DNA of 64,000 bases from assembly GCA_963781585.1 (NCBI GenBank), contig CAWAGQ010000008.1:256001-320000 (forward strand), read 5' to 3'. Below are positions 10,283 through 20,323 of the stretch, piece by piece. Origin of the DNA: an uncultured Gemmatimonadaceae bacterium (lineage in GTDB: Bacteria > Gemmatimonadota > Gemmatimonadetes > Gemmatimonadales > Gemmatimonadaceae). Both the position numbers and the translations under genes were made by a program. Numbering within the stretch: position 1 is the first letter of the stretch; each line of letters opens with the position of its first letter. The notes beneath the pieces are model-generated. The model saw only the letters and a program-made list of their open reading frames with translations. It was not told the DNA's origin and searched no databases.

Positions 10283-10521
10283 GGTACCTCCCCGTTTCTT
10301 TGGGATGGAACCTCGGCCGTTGTCTACCCCTGCCGGTGGTACGGGTTCGAATCGGCACCCCCTCGAGCACCGTTCATGCCCTTTGGTGTCCTGCATCACG
10401 CCCGTATGGCGATGCGGCATCGGGATTTGAGCGAAGAGCACCGGGACCTCGCCATGGCTCGAGGTATTGCCTCGGCCCCCGAGAATCCGCCAGCACCTCG
10501 CCGCAGCACCGACCCTCCGAG

Positions 10522-10593
10522 AGGCGCGGGCCGGAATCGAACCGGCGAATGGGAGTTTTGCAGACTCCTGCCTTACCACTTGGCTACCGCGCC
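10522..10593 (-). tRNA. tRNA-Cys (GCA)
   Basis: GGCGCGG acceptor stem, D-arm AGCCAAGTGGTAAGGC, anticodon arm GGAGT-CTGCAAA-ACTCC, T-arm GCCGG-TTCGATT-CCGGC; CCA not encoded. Confidence 0.97.
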
Positions 10594-10814
10594 CTGACCA
10601 CGGCAAGGTAGAGTCGACCAGACCCTTCCTCAAGCGTCCATACGCCCTGCCCAAGCGGAACACCCGACGCGCTCAAGGACACCCCTTCCTCGGCCCGCCG
10701 TCGCCGCGAGGTGTCGTGCGGAGTGACGTCACGGCATCTTGGTGCTGCAGGCCGGGACTTGCTCATGGCTTCCGTTGTCGATCATCCGTTCGCTTCCTCT
10801 CTCGCTATCGGGAC

Positions 10815-11783
10815 TTGCCGCCCTCAGTCACACCACCGCTGGTCCCCCTCGCCGCCATCCGCAACGCCCGCGACGCGATAGGCGCGCGACTGCATCGCAC
10901 ACCACTCGTCAGTTCGAGCTACCTCAGCCATGTCGTGGGTGCAGATGTCTCGCTCAAACTCGAGCTGTTTCAGAAGACGGGCTCCTTCAAGCCGCGCGGT
11001 GTACTCAATGCCCTGGCCACCCTCGATGCCGCTTCGCGCGCCCGCGGCGTCGTCTCCCTCTCCGCAGGGAATCACGCGCAGGCACTGGCATGGGGTGCTA
11101 CCACGCTCGGCATCCGCAGTACCATCATCATGCCCCTGACCGCTGCACGCTCGAAGGTCGACGCTACCCGAGCGTACGGCGGCGAAGTCGTCCAGACCGA
11201 GAATGACCTGCTCGGCACAACGCTGCAGGTCCAAAGCGAGCGTCACCTGACGATGGTGCATCCGTTCGACGATCCGCGGATAATCGCCGGACAGGGCACC
11301 GTAGGCCTCGAAATCCTGGAAGATGCGCCGGACGTGGACGTCGTGATCGTGGGCTGCGGTGGAGGCGGCCTGCTCTCCGGCGTCGCTGCGGCAATCAAGC
11401 AGACGCGTCCCGCGGCATACATCGTTGGCGTCGAGCCCGCGGGCGCGGATGCCATGCGACAGAGCATTGCCCGCGGAGAACCAGTGCGGCTTGAGAAAAT
11501 CGATACGATCGCCGACGGCCTGGCGGCGCCCTTCGCCGGCACCCTCACGCTTGCCCACGCCATCAGTTTCGTCGACGAGATCATCGCCCTGGAGGATCGT
11601 GAAATCCTCGACGGCATGCGCGTTCTCATGCAGCGTTGCAAGATCCTCCCCGAGCCCGCGGGGGCAGCCGCAACGGCCGCGCTCCTGACTGCACGCCTGA
11701 CCATTCCCCCGGGGGCGCGCGTGGTCAGCGTCGTGAGCGGCGGAAACGTCGACCTGCACCGACTCGCGACCTACCTCCAATAA
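10815..11783 (+). CDS. Threonine/serine dehydratase (PALP family), no regulatory domain
   Basis: LKLELFQKTGSFKPRG, SAGNHAQ, GCGGGGL, SGGNVD; start uncertain (TTG chosen). Confidence 0.88.
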   Translation: MPPSVTPPLVPLAAIRNARDAIGARLHRTPLVSSSYLSHVVGADVSLKLELFQKTGSFKPRGVLNALATLDAASRARGVVSLSAGNHAQALAWGATTLGIRSTIIMPLTAARSKVDATRAYGGEVVQTENDLLGTTLQVQSERHLTMVHPFDDPRIIAGQGTVGLEILEDAPDVDVVIVGCGGGGLLSGVAAAIKQTRPAAYIVGVEPAGADAMRQSIARGEPVRLEKIDTIADGLAAPFAGTLTLAHAISFVDEIIALEDREILDGMRVLMQRCKILPEPAGAAATAALLTARLTIPPGARVVSVVSGGNVDLHRLATYLQ

Positions 11784-11790
11784 CTCCGGT

Positions 11791-12801
11791 CTACCGTGTC
11801 CGGTGCGGCAGCCAGGGACCCTCCCACCTGGCATCCGTTCCGCGCACATCTACGTGCACGAACGGTCCGTGAGGCCCCATCGCCGCGTACGTCCCCAGCC
11901 CACCAATCAGGTCCGGGAACCGAGTCTCCAGTCGCGCGATGGCACTCGTGATGGGCCGAATGTCGCCCAGATCAGATCTTCCGTCCCGGTTGAGGTCGTC
12001 CATGCGCCCATCACCGTCCTCGTCGATCACCAGGTCTGCGGCGTCACCGTACTGGTGTCGACTCGCCCGCGCCATACCCTCTCCTTCGCCACGCTCGTTG
12101 TAGTACGGGGCCCGAAATCCGGAGAGAATCAGGGGATGATCCGCCGGATGGCCATGCGCTGACAGGTCCTCGAGAATGAGCTCGAGCTTGTCAATCAGCT
12201 TCGGTTCCAGAACCACGTACTTCGGCCAGACCGACTCCTGATCATGCGTTACGAACTCTCCCAGAAGGAAATGTCGCGACAGTCGAAGTGCTGCTGTCTC
12301 CGGCGTTACCTCGATGAAGCCATCGGGGTTGAGATAGTTTCGCGCCATGATCCAGCGTTCCGCCGGCCAGAGCCCGAGACGATACCCGTTCACGTATTCC
12401 CCGTGCTTGGAACCAAAGGGGCGGAGCGTGATGAGGGCGAACGAATCGGCTCCCGCTCGCACAAAGTGCGCAGCCGGAGTTCTTATTGCCGATTCGCCGA
12501 AACTCGTCAGGAATCCCGAGAGCCTTTCTGCAACCGAGGGCGTCAGCGTCGCAAACAGGACTACGCCGCTGTGCCCCCGCAACGAGTCCGGCAGAGCCAT
12601 GGTCACAGCAGCGCTGTCGGTTGCGCTGTCGCTCCTGGTCTCGTCAGGCACTGTCAGAGTCCCCGTCGGGCTTGCTCCGTAACCGGATCCTACGAAGGCC
12701 CGAAACGCCGCGTAGGCTCGCGTCGAAAGGACCACCAGCACGATGGCGCCGACGACAAGCGCAAGGCGGCGTTTGAACGATAGCGAAGGCCGATGACTCA
12801 T
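11791..12801 (-). CDS. Peptidase M15A-like (LAS family) Zn metallopeptidase, exported or membrane-anchored
   Basis: SGFRAPYYN, SRHQYGDAADL (HxxxxxxD), FVHVDVRG; N-terminal hydrophobic segment. Confidence 0.8.
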   Translation of the reverse strand: MSHRPSLSFKRRLALVVGAIVLVVLSTRAYAAFRAFVGSGYGASPTGTLTVPDETRSDSATDSAAVTMALPDSLRGHSGVVLFATLTPSVAERLSGFLTSFGESAIRTPAAHFVRAGADSFALITLRPFGSKHGEYVNGYRLGLWPAERWIMARNYLNPDGFIEVTPETAALRLSRHFLLGEFVTHDQESVWPKYVVLEPKLIDKLELILEDLSAHGHPADHPLILSGFRAPYYNERGEGEGMARASRHQYGDAADLVIDEDGDGRMDDLNRDGRSDLGDIRPITSAIARLETRFPDLIGGLGTYAAMGPHGPFVHVDVRGTDARWEGPWLPHRTR

Positions 12802-12967
12802 CCGCGACAGGCTCCGTCAGCCCAGGCGTCGGGCGCGTGTCTTGACCCGGCAGGTCTGCCAAAGGTCCCAGCACCCTGCAACCCTCGCCCTCCGCAACCA
12901 GGCCAGAGGAGGTATCCTGCCAACCGCTTCATCCATCCCGGATCCGATCAGTGCATCCTGATTCGGC

Positions 12968-14640
12968 CTACCATGCCACTGCATATGCCTCCCGCCGGGG
13001 ATCGGCTCCCGCCAACCGCGCTCCTGATCGGTCAATCACGATCATTTGGGCGCCTCCGAACTCTGCGCTGGGCTCCTGCACCGTCACGCTCTGTCCCCTG
13101 CGCCTGAGATCACTGCGCACGTCTTCGCCAATTCCCGGTTCCACGGCGATGCGCCCCCGGTTGAACACACGCCAGCGCGGCGCCTCAACCGCCTGCTGGG
13201 GCGTCATCCCGAATCGCCAGACGTTGTTCAGGATCTGGATCAGCGTCTGTGGCTGACCATCTCCGCCCGGAGTCCCGAACACCGCCGCCAGTGACCGATC
13301 TGCATTCAGCGCCATCGCCGGACTCAGGGTGTGGAAAGGTCGCTTTCCCGGCGCGATCACGTTCGGGTGCGAGGGATCGAGGCTGAACAACGACCCCCGA
13401 TTCTGAAGAATGATCCCCGTACCAGGCACCATCCTCCCGCTCCCGAATTCGGCGAACAGACTCTGAATCATCGATACCGCGTTCCCATCCTTGTCCACTA
13501 CACAGAGGTAGACCGTATCGCCGGCCCCATCGAATGGCGGATTCCCCTGGTTAGGCGCGGCGACGCTGTCGATCCGAATGCGACTGCCCAGGTCCCGCGC
13601 ATACGCCTTCGACAGCAGCCGGTCCAGCGGAACAGGGGAAAACGCGGGATCGGCCAGATAACGGTCACGGTCGGAATAGGCCAGCTTGGCACCCTCGGCC
13701 AGGATGTGGATGTACGCAGCCGAGTTCCACCCCGCGTGCGTCAGGTCCGTCAGCTCCGCGAGATTGAGCATCTCGAGAAACGCCATGCCCTGCGAGTTTG
13801 GAGGGAATGCCAGCACCGTCCTTCCCAGATAGAGCGTGGATATTGGCTCCTCCCAGGTCGAGCGGTGACTGGACAGGTCCGGACCCGTTAGGAGCCCTCC
13901 CTCTTTCTCCATGAATTGCACAATCCTGCCGGCAAGGGCTCCGGAATACAGCCCCTCCGAGCCCTCGCGCGCGATTGTGCGAAGCGTGCCGGCGAGGTCG
14001 TGTTCGACCAGCATGCTGCCCGGTCGCGGCGCGGCGCCATCCTGCAGGAAAACCCGCGCAAGCTCCGGATCGGCCGCAACTTTTGCTTTCTCCTCCGTGA
14101 TATCGCTCCACAGCCGGCTGCTTACCGGAAAACCGCGCTCGGCATAGGAAATCGACGGCGCGAGTGCCTGGTCGAGCGTGATCGTTCCGAACCGCTTCAA
14201 CGCATCCTCCCAGGCCCGCACCGCGCCCGGTACTGAAACCGAGAGAATTCCCGTCGCCGGTACCGAATTGAGATTTCGCTCGGCAAAGAAGGCGGCGTCG
14301 CTCGAGCGCCGGCTCGTCCACTGCCATTCAGTGCGTACACGCGGCCGGTCCGCGCCTCGCGAATGAGAAGGAACGCATCTCCCCCCACGCCGTTCATGTG
14401 CGGCCGCACCACCGCCAGAACACCCGCCATCGTGATCGCGGCATCAACCGCGTTCCCCCCACGCCGCAACACCGCCGCGCCCGCCGCCGACGCCAGGGCA
14501 TGATCAGACACGACTGCAGCTTCTGATCCCATTACATCCGGACGCATCATTGGTCGCTGAGCTCCGAGCATGCCGGAAAGAGCAAGACCTGAAGTGAGAA
14601 TCAAGCCGTTGACAGCGGGCGCTCGGTGATGGACGGTCAT
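12968..14640 (-). pseudogene. ggt: Gamma-glutamyltransferase, split by a 1-bp frameshift near 14291-14296 (pseudogene or sequencing error)
   Basis: N-terminal GGNAVDAA, GVGGDAF, NGSGRA in one frame; SVPGAVRAW, DTVYLC (autocleavage Thr), PGKRPFHTL, ADPRRE in another. Confidence 0.85.
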
Positions 14641-15030
14641 CAGTAGTTCCTCACTTCTGGCACAGGTGTGATGCATACCTTGGGAATTGTGGCGGCACGC
14701 GCAACCCACCTGGCACACCTTCGGCCAGACACGTGCCGATGAGACGAGGCACTGGCCAGCACATGCCTTCGCAGGCCAGGTATCGCCGGGGCGGGTGAGG
14801 GTCTGACTACGGCATCTGAGGCTGTCTGCCTTCCCAGACTCGGACTATACACTCTATGTCGCTGTCGGAGCAGCACTTGGAGCAACGATCTGATCATCCC
14901 GTACCGATGCGTGCTACGGCGACGTGAAGTTGCAGGGACTCGCTACGAAATCCTGGTAGTCCGCCAACGTTACCCTGTAAACAGGTGTTCCAGATGCGGG
15001 GCTGAACCTGTCTTGGCAGCATTTCGCGCT

Positions 15031-15059
15031 TTGACGGCGCACTCTATTCTTTGCACAAT
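15031..15059 (+). promoter_or_regulatory. Candidate sigma70 promoter (TTGACG-N17-CACAAT) upstream of GSIII
   Basis: Consensus-like hexamers with 17-bp spacing. Confidence 0.45.
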
Positions 15060-15108
15060 CGGCAGGCCACATTGCACGTTCCGCCGGAAATGCGTTAATT
15101 CATGCCCG

Positions 15109-15137
15109 ATTGCACCATGAATGGTGCAATACTTGCA
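15109..15137 (+). promoter_or_regulatory. Palindrome ATTGCACCAT-GA-ATGGTGCAAT overlapping a candidate sigma54 promoter TGGTGC-N5-TTGCA
   Basis: 10-bp perfect inverted repeat at 15109-15130; GG-N10-GC at 15123-15136. Confidence 0.6.
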
Positions 15138-15284
15138 CGAAAGAATGGTCACTGCATGGTCGGATCGTCTGAAAATCAGCACCGTGAGCTCCACGTTTCC
15201 GCGACGCACCCCCGTCCCATCATCTCTGAAGCCCGCTCCTCGTTCACCTCCGCTTTCGGTATCGACCTACTCCCCGGATCTCCC

Positions 15285-17519
15285 ATGGCGACAACCGCGA
15301 ACTCCACGCGCAAAGACGTCCTTCATGCCGTCTCCGCGCGTCTCGTGAAATCCACTCCTCCCTCCACCAACGGCACGGGGGTGCATCACGCCGCTCCGGT
15401 GTCCGAATACTTCGGCGTCAACACCTTTGGCGTTAGGCAGATGCGCTCGAAGCTCCCGGTGGATGCATGCGACAAGCTGGTCAGCGCCATCCGCCATGGC
15501 AAGAAACTCGACGTCGACATCGCCTCCACCGTCGCTCAGGCAATCAAGGAGTGGGCCATCGCACGCGGCGCAACCCACTTCACACATTGGTTCCAGCCGC
15601 AAACTGGCCTCACTGCTGAGAAGCACGATGCCTTCCTGACCTTCGACGAGAACCGCCAGCCGATCGAGCAGTTCTCCGCCGCCCAGTTGATCCAGAGCGA
15701 GCCAGACGCCTCGAGCTTCCCCTCCGGTGGATTGCGCGCCACCTGGGAAGCCCGCGGTTATACCGCCTGGAATCCCGCAAGTCCGGTCTTTGTCTTCGAA
15801 TCGGGAGGTGTGCGCACCCTCTGCATTCCATCCGTGTTCATTGGTTATAACGGAGAAGCGCTCGACGAGATGACGCCGCTGCTGCGCAGCTCAGACGTCC
15901 TGTCGGCAAAGGCGATCGAACTTCTCGAGCTGCTCGGGGACAAGCAGGTCTACCGCGTCTTCACCACGCTCGGCCCGGAGCAGGAGTACTTCCTGATCGA
16001 CCGCCAGCACTTTGCATTGCGACCGGATCTGGTCATGGCAAATCGCACGCTCGTCGGCGCCGCCCCACCAAGGGGACAGCAGCTCGAAGACCACTACTTC
16101 GCTGGCATTCCCGAACGCACCCATGCCTGCATTGCGGAGGTCGAACACGAGCTCTACAAGCTTGGAGTGCCGATCGTCACTCGACATAACGAGGTCGCAC
16201 CCTCGCAGTTCGAGATGGCGCCTGTCTTCGAGGAAACCGACATCGCCGTCGACCACAACCAGCTGGTCATGGCCCTGCTTCGACGCGTCGCCCTTCGCCA
16301 CGGCCTGCAGGCCATCGTTCATGAAAAACCGTTCGCGGGAATCAATGGCTCCGGGAAGCACTGCAATTGGTCCATGGCGGTTGCCGCAGACAGCGATCTC
16401 GATGGACTGAACTTGCTCAAGCCGGGACGCACACCCCACCAGAACCTCCGCTTCCTGCTCTTCCTTGCAGCCGTCCTCAAGGCGGTTCACGAACACGCCG
16501 GGCTCCTCCGGGCCGGCGTAGCCAGTTCCGGAAACGAGCATCGACTCGGTGCAAACGAAGCTCCCCCTGCAATCATCTCCGTCTTCATGGGCGACATGCT
16601 CACCCGCCTGATCGAAGGCATCATCGCCGGTCGCGCACACAGCAAGAGCGCCGAGCAGGAACTCATCCGACTCGGGGTCGCTAAGCTTCCGGAGATCGAG
16701 AAGGACAATACGGACCGCAATCGCACCTCTCCCTTCGCCTTCACCGGCGCCAAGTTCGAGTTCCGCGCCGTTGGCGGAGGCCAATCCATAGCTTGGCCCG
16801 TCACCCTGCTCAATGCCGCGGTTGCCGGTGCGATCGAGCACATCACCGACGATCTCCGCGCCGAGAAGAAGAAAACGCGCAACATCGACGATGCCGTCCT
16901 GCGCGTCGTTCGCCGCATCTTCAAGGAAACAGCGCCGGTACGCTTCGAGGGAAACAACTACGCGGAGTCGTGGGTGACCGAAGCGGCTCGCCGCGGACTT
17001 CCCAACTACCGCCGCACACCTGAGGCACTCGGCCAGCTCATTACCAGGAAGTCCCGCGCGTTGCTCGTCGGTCTCGGTGTTCTCACCGACCGCGAACTCG
17101 ACTCACGCTATCACGTGCGCATGGAAAGGTACGTGAAGGATATGCTCATCGAGCTGCACATGATGCGTGAAATGGTGGACACCATGGTACTCCCGGCCGC
17201 GTTCGGATACGCCGGAAGTCTCGCGGCCGCGGCAGCTCAGGCGAAGGCGGCCGGCATTAGGGAGATCCCCCAGATCGACCGCGCCAATGAGGTCGGCAAA
17301 CTCGCGAAGGAGCTCAAATCCAGGCGCGACGCGCTCGTGAAGGTCATCGAGAAAGCGGAAGCCGCGCACGACGACGCCACCAGGGCCGCATTGTTGCTTA
17401 CCGGCGACGGCGCGGCAGCCATGGAGATGGTCCGCATTGCCTCCGACTCGCTCGAGCTCCTGATTGCCGACGATCAGTGGCCGCTTCCAAAGTATCGCGA
17501 AATGCTGTTTCCCGTCTGA
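15285..17519 (+). CDS. Glutamine synthetase type III
   Basis: GATHFTHWFQPQTG, EPDASSFPSGG, HEKPFAGINGSGKH, HRLGANEAPP, DRNRTSPFAFTG, WPLPKYREMLF. Confidence 0.95.
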   Translation: MATTANSTRKDVLHAVSARLVKSTPPSTNGTGVHHAAPVSEYFGVNTFGVRQMRSKLPVDACDKLVSAIRHGKKLDVDIASTVAQAIKEWAIARGATHFTHWFQPQTGLTAEKHDAFLTFDENRQPIEQFSAAQLIQSEPDASSFPSGGLRATWEARGYTAWNPASPVFVFESGGVRTLCIPSVFIGYNGEALDEMTPLLRSSDVLSAKAIELLELLGDKQVYRVFTTLGPEQEYFLIDRQHFALRPDLVMANRTLVGAAPPRGQQLEDHYFAGIPERTHACIAEVEHELYKLGVPIVTRHNEVAPSQFEMAPVFEETDIAVDHNQLVMALLRRVALRHGLQAIVHEKPFAGINGSGKHCNWSMAVAADSDLDGLNLLKPGRTPHQNLRFLLFLAAVLKAVHEHAGLLRAGVASSGNEHRLGANEAPPAIISVFMGDMLTRLIEGIIAGRAHSKSAEQELIRLGVAKLPEIEKDNTDRNRTSPFAFTGAKFEFRAVGGGQSIAWPVTLLNAAVAGAIEHITDDLRAEKKKTRNIDDAVLRVVRRIFKETAPVRFEGNNYAESWVTEAARRGLPNYRRTPEALGQLITRKSRALLVGLGVLTDRELDSRYHVRMERYVKDMLIELHMMREMVDTMVLPAAFGYAGSLAAAAAQAKAAGIREIPQIDRANEVGKLAKELKSRRDALVKVIEKAEAAHDDATRAALLLTGDGAAAMEMVRIASDSLELLIADDQWPLPKYREMLFPV

Positions 17520-17721
17520 CCTCCGTTGCCCTCCATTCGCCAGGTGGACGCGCCGGCTTCTCGCAGCGAGCCGGCGCGTGCTGCACAGTCCCTCGCACTC
17601 GCCGACGAGAATCCCGCGACTCACCGCTCCAGCCGACGCCGCCGTCCCCGACGACATCTCGTCATGGCGGGCGCGGCGCCCGTCTCTTGAACCGCTCCTG
17701 ATGACACGACCGGGAGACGAG

Positions 17722-18729
17722 TCAGTCCCCACTCGGAGAGCGTCCCACCGCCGTCGACGGGTCGAGCACCGAGCCCAGTCGTTCGGGACTCACATTGCCC
17801 CCGCATAGAATCACGACGATCCTGGCGTTTCGTAGCACTGGAGCCGTGTGGAAGAGCGCCGCGACGGCCACCCCAGCGGAGCCCTCGGCCACCACGTGCT
17901 CCCTCAGGAGGCAATGACGCATCGCGCTCGCGATCTCCTGCTCAGGTATTTCTACCCAGCGATCAACCAGCGTCCGGCATAGATCGAACGTGATGCTGTC
18001 GGGCTCGATGCCGCCCGCCGTCCCATCAGAAAGGGTCGGTCGGCTCGGCATCTCGATGACTCTCCCCGCTTCAACGCTTCGCGCCATGACAGGAGAGGCT
18101 TCGGGCACTGCACCGATAACCACCACTTCCGGGAGGAAGGCTTTCAGGTCCGCTGCCAATCCACCGACCAGGCCGCCACCACCCACCGCAACGATGATCG
18201 CGTCGAATCGCTCGGCTTGTCGGCGAAGCTCCGCCCCAATCGTTCCCTGTCCGGCCACCACCGCCAGATCGTTGTACGGCGAGATGTAGGGGCGCCCCGA
18301 GGCGGCCGCAACGCGACGCGCGTGCTGCTCCGTATCGAGACCGTCGCCGCCGGCAACCTGCACATCTGCCCGCGCTTCGCGTATTGCGCCGACCTTGGTC
18401 TCGGAGGCTCCTTCCGGCACGAACACCGTCACCGGAAGCCCCAGCACACGTCCGGCGTGTGCCACCGCCACGCCGTGGTTCCCCGACGACGCCGCTACCA
18501 CGCCCTGGCGCGCTTCTTCACCAAGGCTCAGCAGACAGTTCGTTGCGCCTCGCAATTTGAACGAGCCCGTGTACTGCAGATTCTCGAGCTTCAGCAGTAC
18601 CCGTTCTTTCGTCAGCGCGCGCAGCGCCGGCGATTCCAGTAGCGGCGTTTCGCGGATGAACGGCGCGATCCGGTGACAGGCAATCGCGATCTCGGCGCGC
18701 AGGGCATCCAGTGTTCGCTCAGGAGACAT
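17722..18729 (-). CDS. Threonine/serine dehydratase (PALP family), second paralog
   Basis: KLENLQYTGSFKLRG, SSGNHG, VGGGGL, CGGNV. Confidence 0.9.
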   Translation of the reverse strand: MSPERTLDALRAEIAIACHRIAPFIRETPLLESPALRALTKERVLLKLENLQYTGSFKLRGATNCLLSLGEEARQGVVAASSGNHGVAVAHAGRVLGLPVTVFVPEGASETKVGAIREARADVQVAGGDGLDTEQHARRVAAASGRPYISPYNDLAVVAGQGTIGAELRRQAERFDAIIVAVGGGGLVGGLAADLKAFLPEVVVIGAVPEASPVMARSVEAGRVIEMPSRPTLSDGTAGGIEPDSITFDLCRTLVDRWVEIPEQEIASAMRHCLLREHVVAEGSAGVAVAALFHTAPVLRNARIVVILCGGNVSPERLGSVLDPSTAVGRSPSGD

Positions 18730-18790
18730 GTGGTCGTGACACGTCAGGGCGAGCGCTTGAAGACCGCGTCACCCTCACTGTCGTCGGCAA

Positions 18791-20167
18791 TCAGTACTTC
18801 AGCAGGTAGTTGTCGAGCTCCCACCTGGTGACCTGCGTGATGTAGTCGCGCCACTCCTCGCGCTTGGCGTGGAGAAAGTGCTTCGCCACGTGCTCGCCCA
18901 GCGCCGCCATGATCACACCGTCCTTCTCCAGTTCGTCGCATGCCTCGCTCAGATCGTGCGGGAGATCATCGATGCGCAAGCGGCGCTTCTCGCGGTGCGA
19001 CATCTCGAAGATGTTCGTATCCACCGGCTCGCGGTGATCCGCCTTGCTGTCGATGCCATCGAGTCCGGCCGCCAGCATCACGGCTAGCGCGAGGTACGGG
19101 TTCGCCGACGGATCCGGCATGCGGAGTTCCAGTCGCGTGCCGGTACTGCGCCGCTGGGGCACGCGGATCAGGGGCGAGCGGTTCCGCATCGACCATGCGA
19201 CGTTAACCGGTGCTTCGTAACCGGGCACCAGTCGCTTATAGGAGTTGACCAGTGGGTTGGTGATGGCGCAGAAGCCGCGGGCATGTGCGAGCAGACCGCC
19301 CAGATAGTGGAGCGCCACGGGACTCAGTTCCCACATGCTGTCGGCATCCCAGAAGGCGTTCTTCCCATCGTGAAACAGCGACTGGTGAGTGTGCATTCCG
19401 CTCCCATTCTGCCCGAAAATCGGCTTCGGCATGAATGAGGCGATCAGCCCGAATTGCCGGGCAACGTACTTCACCACAAATCGAAAGGTCGCGATGTTGT
19501 CGGCCGTGGTCAGGGCATCAGCATATCGAAAGTCGATCTCGTGCTGCCCGTGAGCCACCTCGTGGTGCGCTGCCTCCACTTCGAAGCCCATTTGCTCAAG
19601 CGCAGCCACGATGGCCCGGCGAGCGTCTTCTCCCAGATCGGCTGGGGCCAGATCGAAGTAGCCTCCCACGTCCTGCGTTACCGTTGTCGGAAGACCGGTG
19701 GTTTCCGGTTTGAAGACGAAGAACTCCGCCTCCATTCCCGCGTTCATGGTAAAACCCATCCCCGCTGCTCGGTCCAACTGACGTTTCAGCACTCCGCGTG
19801 GATCACCCTCGAACGGCTGGCCGTCCGGTCGGTTGATGTCGCAGATCAGACGCGCTACCCGGCTCTCCGCATCGCCCCAAGGGAAGATCCGGAACGTCGA
19901 CAAGTCAGGCGCGAGCAACATGTCGGACTCCTCGATCCGCACAAATCCCTCAATCGAGGAACCGTCGAACATGATGTCGCCGGCAAGGGCCTTCTCGAAC
20001 TGCGAGCCGGGAATCTCGACATTCTTGTTGACGCCAAGAATGTCCGTGAATTGCAGACGCAGAAACCGCACGTTCTGGCGCGACGCCAGTTCGAGGATGT
20101 CGTGCCTGGTCGCTCCGGCCAGACTTCGCGTGTTAGTCACGTGGGGAGAGGTTGACACGATTGGCAT
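18791..20167 (-). CDS. glnA: Glutamine synthetase type I (GSI-alpha-like)
   Basis: FDGSSIEGF, HHEVAHGQHEI, FMPKP, NGSGMH, NSYKRLVPGYEAP, RSPLIRVP, ELRMPDPSANPYL. Confidence 0.92.
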   Translation of the reverse strand: MPIVSTSPHVTNTRSLAGATRHDILELASRQNVRFLRLQFTDILGVNKNVEIPGSQFEKALAGDIMFDGSSIEGFVRIEESDMLLAPDLSTFRIFPWGDAESRVARLICDINRPDGQPFEGDPRGVLKRQLDRAAGMGFTMNAGMEAEFFVFKPETTGLPTTVTQDVGGYFDLAPADLGEDARRAIVAALEQMGFEVEAAHHEVAHGQHEIDFRYADALTTADNIATFRFVVKYVARQFGLIASFMPKPIFGQNGSGMHTHQSLFHDGKNAFWDADSMWELSPVALHYLGGLLAHARGFCAITNPLVNSYKRLVPGYEAPVNVAWSMRNRSPLIRVPQRRSTGTRLELRMPDPSANPYLALAVMLAAGLDGIDSKADHREPVDTNIFEMSHREKRRLRIDDLPHDLSEACDELEKDGVIMAALGEHVAKHFLHAKREEWRDYITQVTRWELDNYLLKY

Positions 20168-20323
20168 TGCGGTTCGCCCTGCCGCCCGATCCGCTTCCGG
20201 TGCGTGGCCCGTAGCTTACGCACTCGGAGCACACGCCTCAACGCCAAGTAATGGGAACTGCACCCCTCTCTGGCGCAGGGAAGTATCTTACTCGTGCGCC
20301 CAACACCCTTCCCGATTCATGCC

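Noticed and set aside
10341..10356. Degenerate copy of the tRNA-Cys T-arm (possible att scar)
   Set aside because: Only 12/16 identity in GC-rich DNA and no integrase nearby; compatible with chance.
14285..14300. Programmed ribosomal frameshift in ggt
   Set aside because: No slippery sequence seen, and I know of no precedent in this family.
14641..14900. Cobalamin riboswitch (CTGGGAAGG on the minus strand)
   Set aside because: Other conserved elements were not found and the downstream gene is unrelated.
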